Below, piece after piece: positions 10,486 through 19,711 of a stretch of DNA of 64,000 bases. The notes beneath the pieces are model-generated. The model had not been told where the DNA came from. It made no database searches and worked only from the letters and a program-made list of their open reading frames with translations. The stretch spans positions 31,990 to 95,989 of the forward strand of contig CAMSQA010000003.1 of assembly GCA_947062475.1 (NCBI GenBank). Direction: 5' to 3'. The translations under genes were made by a program, and so were the position numbers. Position 1 is the stretch's first letter; every line of letters begins with the position of its first letter. The stretch is from an uncultured Clostridia bacterium. Its GTDB lineage: Bacteria; Bacillota; Clostridia; Christensenellales; UBA1242.

Positions 10486-10604
10486 TTTTTATTTTAAATG
10501 ATATTTTTAAAAAGAGTTTTAAATAAACCCTTTTTTAAATTTAATATTGACTTACTATGAATTTTTTGTATTATATTAATATAACAAATAAAAGGAATTG
10601 TATT

Positions 10605-10964
10605 ATGAATGATATTTTGGGAAATCCACTTTTAAAATCATTGAAGAAATTTAAATTAAGTTTTCAGTTGGCACTGTCAAAATATGGCTTTAAGGCTTTT
10701 TATGTTGCAGCGGCTATCGCAACTGAAGTGGTTGGTATTGAAAAAGAGCCATCATATATACCAGGATCTGCGAGTGTAATTATGGCAATGGGAATTGCTT
10801 TGGATAATGAGATCGACAAATTAAATCCTGAAAAAATTCAATATCAAAATCAACTTAAAGAAGAAATTGATAATCTTAACAAAAAACCTATTATAGACAT
10901 AGTCAAACCAGAAGATGAAATTGAAGAGTTTGATGAAGAAAAAGAATATGAGAGCGAAATTTAA
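10605..10964 (+). CDS. Hypothetical protein with an acidic C-terminus
   Basis: AAGGAA RBS before ATG 10605 (MNDILGNPLLK...). No family recognised. Confidence 0.5.
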   Translation: MNDILGNPLLKSLKKFKLSFQLALSKYGFKAFYVAAAIATEVVGIEKEPSYIPGSASVIMAMGIALDNEIDKLNPEKIQYQNQLKEEIDNLNKKPIIDIVKPEDEIEEFDEEKEYESEI

Positions 10965-11127
10965 ATTCTATTTACATTAAAGCGGATGATAACTGAATTG
11001 TCTGCTTTTTTTGATATAAAAAGACAATTTTCTTGCAGTTTCCAAAAATTTCTTGCCTTTTAAAGTTGAATAGTGATCAAAAATGCGTTATAATTTAAAT
11101 TAAGAAAACTACAAAGCGAGGTTTTGC

Positions 11128-12477
11128 ATGAAGTCATGCGAGCAATATATCTATTGTAACAATCTCTTTGAAAGAGGTGATAAAATTGGAGTTGGGTGCA
11201 GTGGAGGAAGTGATTCTATTGCACTGCTTCATTTTTTGTCAAAAAATCAGGATAAATTTGGCATTGAAGTTTCAGTAATTCATGTGGATCACAGCATTCG
11301 AGAAAATAGTGGAAACGATTGTGAGTTTGTCAGAGATTTTGCTGAAAAACTTGGTCTGCGATTTCATAGTTTTAAAATTGATGTGCCAAAACTTGCAAAA
11401 GAGGATAAAAAAAGTCTCGAAACTGCTGCAAGAGAGGCAAGAGCAAAGGTTTTCAATGCTCTTGTTGAACGCGGAGTGGTAAATAAAATTGCTCTAGCTC
11501 ATCATAAAAATGATCAAGCAGAGACTATTCTTATGCATCTTTTCAGAGGTTCTGGTCTTGCTGGTGCAAGAGGAATGGAATCTGTCAGTGGATATTTTAT
11601 CAGACCTATGCTTGATACAGGTAAGGATGAAATTTTAAAGTATATTAAAAAAAATAAACTTAGATTTGTCGATGATTACACAAACGTAGACAATGTTTAC
11701 AATCGCAATTATGTGCGTAATGTGATTATGCCAAACATTCTTTCTCGCTGGCCAAATGCAATTGATTCTATCGTAAATTTTGGTAGATCGGCAAGTGAGG
11801 ATGATGAATTTATAAACAGTCAAATTTATCAAGATGCGGTGATATTTGAAAAGGCAGTTGCAAAAATACCTACGTCATATTTTGTCTATTCATCTTCAAT
11901 TGTGTCGAGAATAATTTTTAAAGCGATGAAGGGGCTGGGAGTGAACAAAGATATTGAAAGAAGGCATATCTCACTTATCAGTAAACTTGCACTAAATGGC
12001 GATAATGGAAACAAACTTAATTTGCCATTTGGATTTTGTGCTGTCAAAGAATATGATTATATCACCATTCATACAGGGCACGCCGCTCCAAAGAAGGATA
12101 AAGAATTTCAGCGAGCATTTAGGAGCGGCGAATTTAATTTGGCAGGTTTTGGCAGGGTGATTATCAAAAAAGTGAAGAAGGAAAATGTCTTTCAAAGTGA
12201 TGAAAACACTCTCTTCATTGATGGCGAGAAGTTGCCTAAAGGTGTAGTATGGCGTTTTAGACAAGAGGGTGATAAGTTTTGCAAGTTTGGCGGCGGAATG
12301 AAAAAATTAAAATGTTTTTTAATTGATAAAAAAGTGCCAGCAAGACTTAGAGATTTTATTCCTGTGCTTGCAAGTGAAGATGAGGTATTTGTCGTTGCTG
12401 GAATGGAAATTTCAGAAAAAATAAAGGTGACAGAAGATAGCAATAAAATTTATATGATAAAAGCTATACCTAGTTAA
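11128..12477 (+). CDS. tilS: tRNA(Ile)-lysidine synthase
   Basis: PP-loop GVGCSGGSDSIALLHFL, then IHVDHSIR and ALAHHKNDQAETILMHLFRGSGLAG. Length is typical for TilS. Confidence 0.92.
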   Translation: MKSCEQYIYCNNLFERGDKIGVGCSGGSDSIALLHFLSKNQDKFGIEVSVIHVDHSIRENSGNDCEFVRDFAEKLGLRFHSFKIDVPKLAKEDKKSLETAAREARAKVFNALVERGVVNKIALAHHKNDQAETILMHLFRGSGLAGARGMESVSGYFIRPMLDTGKDEILKYIKKNKLRFVDDYTNVDNVYNRNYVRNVIMPNILSRWPNAIDSIVNFGRSASEDDEFINSQIYQDAVIFEKAVAKIPTSYFVYSSSIVSRIIFKAMKGLGVNKDIERRHISLISKLALNGDNGNKLNLPFGFCAVKEYDYITIHTGHAAPKKDKEFQRAFRSGEFNLAGFGRVIIKKVKKENVFQSDENTLFIDGEKLPKGVVWRFRQEGDKFCKFGGGMKKLKCFLIDKKVPARLRDFIPVLASEDEVFVVAGMEISEKIKVTEDSNKIYMIKAIPS

Positions 12478-12548
12478 AAATTAATTTTATATAATTGTTT
12501 ATATAAGAATTAATTGAATAATCATAAAATTTTTATGACAACTTTAAA

Positions 12549-12582
12549 TGCAGGCGGAATAATTCAATTCGCTTGCATTTTT
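12549..12582 (+). terminator. tilS rho-independent terminator
   Basis: TGCAGGCG (12549-12556) pairs with CGCTTGCA (12570-12577), followed by TTTTT. Confidence 0.7.
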
Positions 12583-12601
12583 GTCTTATATATTGTATAA
12601 T
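12573..12601 (+). promoter_or_regulatory. Sigma-A promoter driving the large ncRNA
   Basis: TTGCAT (12573-12578), 17-nt spacer ending in TG, TATAAT (12596-12601). The predicted TSS at about 12608-12610 coincides with the 5' strand of the closing helix. Confidence 0.7.
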
Positions 12602-12609
12602 CTATTTAT

Positions 12610-13206
12610 AGAAGGTGCAGTATTCTAGTCAGAAAGTTGACTTAGGAAGGTGAAGTAATAGCACCGAAGGGCATATCTGTGAAGTTTCTGGTGCTGGCTT
12701 TGGTTGCCCAAACTGGGGCTGGTGCTGGAAGTTAAGAAATTTGGGCGAGCTGTAATGGCATACAGAAGCCGACCCATTTTTCGTGGAGACCTAGTTTAGG
12801 TGGATGTCAAATCATCTACTTTCTAGGAAGAACCTGCATTGCGATAAAAGTTGTGTGCAGTGTAGCCTGCTTTGAGTGAGTGGTAAGGGATATGGCGTAA
12901 ATGATATAGTTTGTAAAGCGCTTATCAAAGGATATCATTGTCATTGAAATTTCACTTGCAAAACAAGCTAATAAGTCTTCTGCCTGTCAAGGAAAACTTC
13001 TAGACTGTTGCTTATGCAGATACATTGAGGATTATAGTGCGACCTAAGTGGCGATTCGGTGTTATGTCTTGCTTAAAAGGAAACTGCTTAATCGGTGACG
13101 ATGAGTGCGAGAATGGGAAATCCGACCGAACCTATGGCGCAAGGTTTACTCAGTAGATTGCCTTCTAAAAAGGGGAAAGGATAATAAGTCGCTTCCTCTT
13201 TTTTTA
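12610..13206 (+). ncRNA. Large (~560-nt core, ~600 nt with terminator) highly structured ncRNA; OLE/ROOL size class, family unresolved
   Basis: It has its own promoter and terminator (stem 13171-13199 + T7), no credible ORF, and visibly higher G+C than the flanks. Closing helix 12610-12617:13159-13166. Nested hairpin CCTAG/CTAGG (12790-94:12823-27) with GTGGATG/CATCTAC (12800-06:12813-19). Perfect 8-bp AATGATAT/ATATCATT (12900-07:12932-39). CTGTA/TACAG (12750-54:12761-65). GNRA hairpin ATCG-GTGA-CGAT (13091-13102). Long-range TTCGGT/ACCGAA (13055-60:13125-30). Confidence 0.75.
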
Positions 13207-13346
13207 AACTTTTTGGCAGTTTTTTATTCATTTTTTATTGATTTTTATATGTTATATTTAAATTTATTTTTTTATTTTTTGTCTTTGATAAAATCTTATC
13301 TTTAAATTTGAGATTTCTTAATATTTTAAATATTTTAAATTAGACC

Positions 13347-13373
13347 TTGACAATTCCCCCCCCCATGTATAAT
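13347..13373 (+). promoter_or_regulatory. Promoter with a C9 homopolymer in the spacer (phase-variation candidate)
   Basis: TTGACA (13347-13352), 15-nt spacer ATT-C9-ATG, TATAAT (13368-13373). Homologous to the promoter at 27156-27182. Confidence 0.6.
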
Positions 13374-13401
13374 AGAGGTATGGATATAATGGAGGTGAAA
13401 A

Positions 13402-14409
13402 ATGGGAAGAATAAGAGATTGGTTTGAAGAAGAAAATGGATTTTGTAAAATGGTATTTGGCGGAATTGCATCGGTCGTATTTGCAGGTGTTTTTACTTTT
13501 GTTTCTTGTGTTACCAATGGTATTGTTTCAACTAAATATTTAAGCAAAACAAAAAAAGATTTAGAAGAAAAAAGGGTTGTTTTGCAAGAAAATATTGCAA
13601 GTTATGTGAAAGATATCAATGATTTTGAGCTTGCATCTGTAGAACTTCTTCACAACAATGAAAATTATATTTGCAAAGCTTTTGGTAGGACTGGAATAAA
13701 ATCAGTGCTGGGACTTGAAGAAGATAAATATGTCAACATTTTTTTCAATATTTCACAAGATAAAGCTCAAACAATTTTGGATAAAATCGAAGCCTTTGAT
13801 AAGACAGGGCGAATGAAGAAAAATGATAGCCCAGAAAATTCTTTAGTAATTAAAGGCGGAATAAAATGTATAGATTTATCAGTAAAAGGTAAATTGAAAA
13901 AGTCAGTTGATGCTTGCATGCAGGTGTTTGATGCTATAGACAATGCTGTCAAGAATGCTTATGAATATAAAATTGAAGAAATTGCAAATTCAAAACAGTT
14001 TAATGAAAAATTGGCAAAAGATTATAGATATGTAAAAAATGAAATTTCAACAAGAGTCGATGGTCTCTTCGTCCATTCAAAATTTGTAAATAGTGGAATT
14101 ATGACAACAGGAATTTCAAGCGTAGCGAGAAATGAAGAAACAAATGAGAGCTATTTTTATGTTGACACACTTCAAGCAATCGCAAATGGAAAGCCTGGTG
14201 AAAAATTTGATAAATTCAAACTTGAGACCTGCAGAACAATGGTTGTTGTAGATGGTGCAAACCTTACAGATGAAGAGGTTTATGCAAAGTTTATCAGAGG
14301 TGAGCATAAGGAATTTCTTGAGCTTGTCAGAAATACAAATAGTGAAAAAGTAGGTATTTTTAATGGCAAAGTTGAAGAAGATGTTGAAGAAATCGAATTT
14401 TTGTTTTAA
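13402..14409 (+). CDS. Hypothetical membrane-anchored or possible lipoprotein
   Basis: GGAGGTG RBS. N-terminal hydrophobic segment MVFGGIASVVFAGVFTFVSC with a lipobox-like FVSC. The rest is soluble, with no family recognised. Confidence 0.6.
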   Translation: MGRIRDWFEEENGFCKMVFGGIASVVFAGVFTFVSCVTNGIVSTKYLSKTKKDLEEKRVVLQENIASYVKDINDFELASVELLHNNENYICKAFGRTGIKSVLGLEEDKYVNIFFNISQDKAQTILDKIEAFDKTGRMKKNDSPENSLVIKGGIKCIDLSVKGKLKKSVDACMQVFDAIDNAVKNAYEYKIEEIANSKQFNEKLAKDYRYVKNEISTRVDGLFVHSKFVNSGIMTTGISSVARNEETNESYFYVDTLQAIANGKPGEKFDKFKLETCRTMVVVDGANLTDEEVYAKFIRGEHKEFLELVRNTNSEKVGIFNGKVEEDVEEIEFLF

Positions 14410-14441
14410 TTGAACTGTGAACAAAATTTAAAAATAAAAAT

Positions 14442-14471
14442 AAAAAAACGTGGAAAAATCCATGTTTTTTT
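14442..14471 (+). terminator. Rho-independent terminator
   Basis: AACGTGGA (14447-14454) pairs with TCCATGTT (14459-14466), flanked by an A-run and a T-run. Confidence 0.7.
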
Positions 14472-14687
14472 GTTAATTGTGAAAAATAAAGAAAAAAATA
14501 ATATTTCACAGTAAAAAATTGAAAAAATATCAAATAAATAGCAAAAAAAATAAAAATTGACAAAAAAATAAAAATAATAATTATTCAAACTGCAAAAATA
14601 ATAAAAATTAATTATAAAAAAATCAATCAAAAAATTATTAAATTTAATATAATTTATGATATAATATTTTAAAGGAGTTTTATTTTT

Positions 14688-16481
14688 ATGGAAAGCAAAA
14701 AGGCAAAGAAGGCAAAACCGTCAAAATTTGCTATTTGGTGGAAATGGCCTCTTATTGTGCTTGCATTGTCATTTTCGTTGTCGCTTGCATTTGGTGTGCT
14801 AAGTCAAGTTGCCCTCACAGGAGCTGGTATTGCGATAAGTGTGGCTGTCATTTTGATTTTTATTGCAATCTCAATTGTGGCTGACATGGTCGGGGTTGCA
14901 ATTACGGCAACAAGTTTTGAGCCCTTTCGAGCAATGGCGTCAAGAAAGATAAGAGGGGCAAAGGAAGCAATCAAACTTATTCATAATAAAGAAAAAGTTG
15001 CAAGTGTTTCTGCCGATGTTATTGGCGATATATGTGGAATTTTGTCAGGTGCAGCAGGGGCGTCAATTACCGTTGTTTTTATTGTGAATTATGCTGGCAC
15101 ATTTTGGGAAGTGCTTATTGCATCAATGGTTTCTGCTGTGATTGCCGCACTCACTATATTTGGCAAGGCATATTGCAAAAAATATTCAATTGTCCACTCT
15201 GAGAAAATCATCTTAATTCTTGGCAAGTTTATAAGCCTTTTTCATATTCAGAGGAAAGGCAAAGAGGTAGGCGATAAAAAGAAGAAGGACGACAAAAATT
15301 TACAGCTTGAAAAGAGTGAGATAGGAAATAATATTAAGCTTATTAAACCAGATTTTGAAAACAATATTATAAATGTTTCAGCTTCTTTAGCAAAATTTCT
15401 TAATTGTGGAAATAAAAATGCAACTTTAAAAATACTTGACGAGAAATTTAAGAAAAATTATAAAAATATTATTTTTATAGTCTTTGATGGAATGGGGAAA
15501 AATCCTATTGAAGTCAACTTGGGCGAAGATACTCTTTTGAGGAAAAGTATTGTAAAAGAACTCACTTCGGTTTTCCCTGCAACCACGACAAATGCTGCTA
15601 CAACTTTGCTTACAAACAGTTTTCCACTTGAGCATGGCGTGTTTGATTGGTCGATTAATTTTGAAGAAATTGGTAAAAATGTTGATGTTTATCTTTCATC
15701 AGATTCTCAAACGGGTGAAAAAATCAATTGTAAATTTTTAGAAAACAGGTTGCCAGTTGTCCCTTTTTACAAGGATGCAAAAACCGATTATAAGATAAGC
15801 AATGTTGTCCCTTCCTATTGGCATGATGGAATAGAAAAAAATAGGCATGAATGTTTTGACCTTAAACAATATTTTCAAGAAATAAAACAAATTTGTGAAG
15901 ATGAAGGCAAACAGTTTGTCTATTGCTATTGCCCAGAACCTGATGCGACCATGCATAAATATGGTGTTTCATCAAAAGAGGCAAAAACTCTTTTAAATGA
16001 TATCAACAAAGAAATTGAAAATTTGGTTGAAAGTTGTAAAGATACACTTTTTGTCATAATTGCCGATCATGGTCAGATTGATGTTGAAGGCTATATTGAA
16101 ATATATAAAAATAAAAAACTTTACTCTCTTTTAAGTTGCCCTCCATATTTAGAGTCTAGAGCAACTGCATTCAAGGTGAAAAAGGGGAAAGAAAAGCAAT
16201 TTGAAAAACTTTTCATAAAAAATTATGGTGAAGATTTTGACCTTCACGCAAGTGCAAAGCTTATTGAGGATGGTTATTTTGGTGACCCAGCAACTCAGAA
16301 ACATAGAAAACTTTTGGGTGATTTTGTGGCAATATGCAAAAATCATAAACAACTTGTTTTGTCAAAAGATTCAAATAGATTTAAAGGTCATCATTGCTCA
16401 CTTACAGAAGAAATGATTGTGCCACTTATAATTATTGAAAAAAGTAATTTCACGTCAAGTATTGACATTCAGACACTTTAA
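14688..16481 (+). CDS. Membrane-anchored alkaline phosphatase / nucleotide pyrophosphatase superfamily protein
   Basis: N-terminal multi-TM domain of about 190 aa. The C-terminal domain has FIVFDGMG...TSVFPATTTNAATTLLT...EHGV and IIADHGQ, matching metal- and nucleophile-site motifs of the type I phosphodiesterase / AP family. Confidence 0.65.
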   Translation: MESKKAKKAKPSKFAIWWKWPLIVLALSFSLSLAFGVLSQVALTGAGIAISVAVILIFIAISIVADMVGVAITATSFEPFRAMASRKIRGAKEAIKLIHNKEKVASVSADVIGDICGILSGAAGASITVVFIVNYAGTFWEVLIASMVSAVIAALTIFGKAYCKKYSIVHSEKIILILGKFISLFHIQRKGKEVGDKKKKDDKNLQLEKSEIGNNIKLIKPDFENNIINVSASLAKFLNCGNKNATLKILDEKFKKNYKNIIFIVFDGMGKNPIEVNLGEDTLLRKSIVKELTSVFPATTTNAATTLLTNSFPLEHGVFDWSINFEEIGKNVDVYLSSDSQTGEKINCKFLENRLPVVPFYKDAKTDYKISNVVPSYWHDGIEKNRHECFDLKQYFQEIKQICEDEGKQFVYCYCPEPDATMHKYGVSSKEAKTLLNDINKEIENLVESCKDTLFVIIADHGQIDVEGYIEIYKNKKLYSLLSCPPYLESRATAFKVKKGKEKQFEKLFIKNYGEDFDLHASAKLIEDGYFGDPATQKHRKLLGDFVAICKNHKQLVLSKDSNRFKGHHCSLTEEMIVPLIIIEKSNFTSSIDIQTL

Positions 16482-16511
16482 ATGTAAAATTATAATTATG
16501 AAGGAGAGATT

Positions 16512-17411
16512 ATGAAGAAGAAAGATATTCAAGCAAAAATAGAAAAGTCAATATACTACTCTACAATGATATTTCATGATTTAAAAATGAATATTGAAAG
16601 ACAGGAAATAATAAAAGAAATTAAAGAAGAACAAAAAAAGAGTGAAATAATAAACTATTTTTTAAAGACAGAAGCTAAAAAGTTGCTTGAAAAGAATGAA
16701 AGATATAATAATGCTTACAAAGAGTTTCATCTTCTATGCAAGGCATATGGCATAAATAGAAGTGACTCGAAGAGTAGCCAAGAATATTTTGAAAACTATG
16801 TTTTCGCAACTGGTGGTAGATGGATTGACGACAAAGATTTGTTTTCTAATAATTTCTGGAATGGTTCAAATTCAATAAGTGCTAATATGGTTCGCAATTT
16901 TGCAGAAAGAGCTTATTATGCTGATAAGAGAGTCGCTGAATGGGAAATAAAAAAGGCAGAAATAGAAGCAATGCTTTCTAACACCAGCAAGGATAAAACA
17001 AAAGCGAAGCTGAAGAAAAAAATTAGTCAGGGCGAAGAAAAAATCAAAGACGATATAGAAATTGCTATGGCAAGAAGAGAGGCCATTAAACATTTTAATG
17101 AAGATAGATTATGTTTCCATAATGCTATTTTTCGTATGAGAGAATTAGAAGAGAATGCTGTTGCAGATGTAATCAAAGCCAATTTCAATAATCCAATTAT
17201 CGAAGATTTAAAAAATGATAGAACAAAATTTAACAGTGGAAGATTTCATCAATATGGAAAAGATATTATCAAAAAGATGCCTGAGAAATTATCTTCAGAA
17301 AATATTGAAAACAATGAATTTGACCCCAAAGTTTATTTGGAAGAACTTATAAATAAAGTAAACAATGAAAATACTAAAACCAATGAATCAGATGAAGAAA
17401 TAGAAATGTAA
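16512..17411 (+). CDS. Hypothetical protein (charged, helical)
   Basis: GGAGAG RBS. Long ORF with no family recognised. Confidence 0.5.
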   Translation: MKKKDIQAKIEKSIYYSTMIFHDLKMNIERQEIIKEIKEEQKKSEIINYFLKTEAKKLLEKNERYNNAYKEFHLLCKAYGINRSDSKSSQEYFENYVFATGGRWIDDKDLFSNNFWNGSNSISANMVRNFAERAYYADKRVAEWEIKKAEIEAMLSNTSKDKTKAKLKKKISQGEEKIKDDIEIAMARREAIKHFNEDRLCFHNAIFRMRELEENAVADVIKANFNNPIIEDLKNDRTKFNSGRFHQYGKDIIKKMPEKLSSENIENNEFDPKVYLEELINKVNNENTKTNESDEEIEM

Positions 17412-17457
17412 GTTATACAAAATTAATATTACGACTTTGTTGTTTTTGAGGGTGTGA

Positions 17458-18036
17458 ATGATTAAAAGAAGGGAACTAAAAGAAAAAGCCAAAGCTCTTG
17501 AAAAAGAGGAAAAACAGGCTTTTGATGAAGAAGGTAGAGCCGTAATAAAGCTTACGGTGCTTGATGACAGCAGTTTTCTTTCGCCTTATGACGAGGATAA
17601 TGACATCTTAATAAGCGGTGAAACGGCTGCATTTTTGGAACATTCGACAAAGGCTATCCATTACAATCAAGAGTTGACATTGAAAATTTATAGCAATGTG
17701 ATTGATGACCGAGAAAAGGTGCTTTATGAAAAAGGGATTCGCAACTATTATGAAAATTCCTTTATAGCCCATCAGAAAGAGCTTAAAAATAATTTTTGGC
17801 TGACCATACTTCTTACTTTTATTGGGTTTATCTATTTCGCAGTGCTAATAGTTATATCATTTTTTGTGAATTATGATTTAATTTTGGAAGTGTTATCAAT
17901 TTTTGGTTGGGTGTTTTTGTGGGAGGCGGTTGACATTTTCTTCTTCGAGCGGCCTAAAATCAAGCATGCTCAGTTTCGTGCTTATGCTCTTATGAACGCA
18001 AAAATCAGTTATTTAAACCTTGACAAAAAATTGTAG
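17458..18036 (+). CDS. Hypothetical membrane protein (2 C-terminal TM)
   Basis: GAGGGTG RBS. Soluble N-terminal half, then two hydrophobic helices (WLTILLTFIGFIYFAVLIVISFF / VLSIFGWVFLWEAV). Confidence 0.55.
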   Translation: MIKRRELKEKAKALEKEEKQAFDEEGRAVIKLTVLDDSSFLSPYDEDNDILISGETAAFLEHSTKAIHYNQELTLKIYSNVIDDREKVLYEKGIRNYYENSFIAHQKELKNNFWLTILLTFIGFIYFAVLIVISFFVNYDLILEVLSIFGWVFLWEAVDIFFFERPKIKHAQFRAYALMNAKISYLNLDKKL

Positions 18037-18095
18037 AAAATTTGATTGTGTTTAAATAATAATTAAAATAAAAATTTTTATCTAAGCTTAAATGC

Positions 18096-18281
18096 TTGAC
18101 AAAAGCGATGAAAGATTATATAATACACTTTGCAGGAGTTTGGACAAGGCAATATGTCCAAACAGTGCAAGGTGTTTTTTTTAAGCACCATCCTTGTCTT
18201 TTTAAAAAGATTTACTTTGCTTTTGCGAGTAAAACAATCTTTAAGAAAAAGACCATTTTGTCCAAAAGGAGGTAGAAAAGT
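18096..18281 (+). promoter_or_regulatory. rpsF promoter and structured ~150-nt leader
   Basis: TTGACA (18096-18101), 17 nt, TATAAT (18119-18124). The leader contains the hairpin GTTTGGAC/GTCCAAAC (18138-45:18156-63) and a long hairpin AAAGATTTACT...AGTAAA..AATCTTT (~18205-18243). Confidence 0.6.
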
Positions 18282-18563
18282 ATGAATAAGTATGAACTTC
18301 TTTATATCATTTCATCTGATGTTGCCGAAGAAAAAAGAGAAGAAATAATCTCTAAATTTGCTTCTTATGTTGAAGCAAAGGGTGGCACTGTTGAAGGAAT
18401 TGATAAATGGGGAATGAGAAAACTTGCTTATCCAATCAACTTTAAAAATGAAGGATTTTATGTTCTCATGAACATGACTTTTGACGCAAAAGAAGTTGAC
18501 GCAATGGCAAAACTCATGAACATTACTGAAGGTGTTGTTCGTCAAATGTTTGTTCGCAAATAA
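18282..18563 (+). CDS. rpsF: 30S ribosomal protein S6
   Basis: MNKYELLYIISSDVAEEKREEIISKF...GTVEGIDKWGMRKLAYPI is the canonical S6 sequence. AGGAGG RBS. Confidence 0.95.
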   Translation: MNKYELLYIISSDVAEEKREEIISKFASYVEAKGGTVEGIDKWGMRKLAYPINFKNEGFYVLMNMTFDAKEVDAMAKLMNITEGVVRQMFVRK

Positions 18564-18605
18564 TTGATGTCTGTTGTGGCTTCTGCCACAGGAAAGGAGC
18601 TTATT

Positions 18606-19016
18606 ATGAATAAAATAATTTTAATCGGGAATTTGACAAAAGATCCTGAAATCAATACTACAAATAGTGGTGTTTCTGTCTGCAGATTTACTTTGGCTGT
18701 TCAAAGAAACTTTGCAAGCAGCACTGACAATGGCCCTCAAGCTGACTTTTTTAATATCGTGGTTTGGAGAGGTCTTGCCGACAACTGTCACAGATTTTTA
18801 AAGAAAGGTTCTAAATGTTGCGTAGTTGGAAGAATCCAAAACGTTTCTTATGAAGCACAAGATGGCACAAAACGCTATACAACTGAAATCACTGCAAGTG
18901 ATGTTGAATTTTTAAGCACAAAGAATGCCGATTCAACTGGCGATATGCCAAAGCCTACAGGCGCTGGCTCTGCTGAACTTGAACCTATCGATGATGACGA
19001 CAGTTTACCATTTTAA
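18606..19016 (+). CDS. ssb: Single-stranded DNA-binding protein
   Basis: MNKIILIGNLTKDPE...CRFTLAV...FFNIVVWRGLAD (OB fold) and an acidic tail DDDDSLPF. The start was moved to ATG 18606, after a GGAAAGGAG RBS. Confidence 0.93.
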   Translation: MNKIILIGNLTKDPEINTTNSGVSVCRFTLAVQRNFASSTDNGPQADFFNIVVWRGLADNCHRFLKKGSKCCVVGRIQNVSYEAQDGTKRYTTEITASDVEFLSTKNADSTGDMPKPTGAGSAELEPIDDDDSLPF

Positions 19017-19032
19017 TTAAAAGGAGAATATT

Positions 19033-19293
19033 ATGGCTGAAATGAAAACAGAAGAGAAGGTTTTTGTTAAAAAATTTCGCAGACCTTCTAAGAAAAAAGT
19101 TTGTGCATTTTGTGTAGCTGGTGAAAAGGCTATTGATTATAAAGACGTTGCTAAAATCAGAAAATATATCACTGAAAAAGGCAAAATTCTACCAAGACGT
19201 CAAACTGGTGTTTGCTCTTTCCATCAAAGAGAACTCTGCACAGCAATTAAAAGAGCAAGAAATGTTGCACTTTTACCTTATGTAGGAGACTAG
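19033..19293 (+). CDS. rpsR: 30S ribosomal protein S18
   Basis: KKVCAFC..IDYKD...[33 protein letters not shown] is the canonical S18 sequence. Confidence 0.95.
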   Translation: MAEMKTEEKVFVKKFRRPSKKKVCAFCVAGEKAIDYKDVAKIRKYITEKGKILPRRQTGVCSFHQRELCTAIKRARNVALLPYVGD

Positions 19294-19349
19294 TAGATTG
19301 CCTAAAGGGCAGTTTTCAAAAATTTTTAAAAATAAATATGGAGGTTGTT

Positions 19350-19556
19350 ATGCAAAAGGAAATTCATCCTGACTATCATGAAGTAAATGTCACTTGTGCT
19401 TGCGGAAATACCTTTAAGACAAAGTCTTGCTCTAAAGGTGAAAACCTCAGCATTGATATTTGCAACAAATGCCATCCTTTCTTTACTGGAAAGAAGAAGG
19501 TTGTTGATACAAGCGGAAATGTTGAAAAGTTCAACAAGAAATATGGCTTAAACTAA
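19350..19556 (+). CDS. rpmE: 50S ribosomal protein L31 (Zn-ribbon type A)
   Basis: [22 protein letters not shown]...[19 protein letters not shown] before ATG 19350. Confidence 0.93.
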   Translation: MQKEIHPDYHEVNVTCACGNTFKTKSCSKGENLSIDICNKCHPFFTGKKKVVDTSGNVEKFNKKYGLN

Positions 19557-19570
19557 ATACAAGTGAAATT

Positions 19571-19597
19571 GCACTCAAAATTATTGAGTGCTTTTTT
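19571..19597 (+). terminator. Rho-independent terminator after rpmE
   Basis: GCACTCAA (19571-78) pairs with TTGAGTGC (19584-91), followed by T6. Confidence 0.8.
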
Positions 19598-19711
19598 ATT
19601 TAAATTCTTTAGAAATGTTCTCTAGTTATTAAAAAATAGAAATTAAATGTATTGCTATTTGAATTATTATATGATATTATTAAAATATAGATTTTTAATT
19701 TTTTTATAAAC

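Noticed and set aside
12610-13206. Assignment of the large RNA to RNase P RNA, tmRNA, SRP RNA or an ORF-less group II intron
   Set aside because: There is no GAGGAAAGUCC / ACAGAA..GGCUUA P4 strands (RNase P). There is no GGGG...ACCA tRNA-like ends or tag ORF (tmRNA), and no GGUCC-GGAAG-GAAGCAGCC-like domain IV (SRP). It is too long for any of these. GTGCG occurs internally (13038, 13105), but there is no domain V-like hairpin near the 3' end and the element is not inside a gene.
13105-13305. 66-aa ORF overlapping the 3' end of the ncRNA and its terminator
   Set aside because: It has no RBS, it crosses an intrinsic terminator, and its second half is a poly-Phe/Leu translation of AT-rich spacer.
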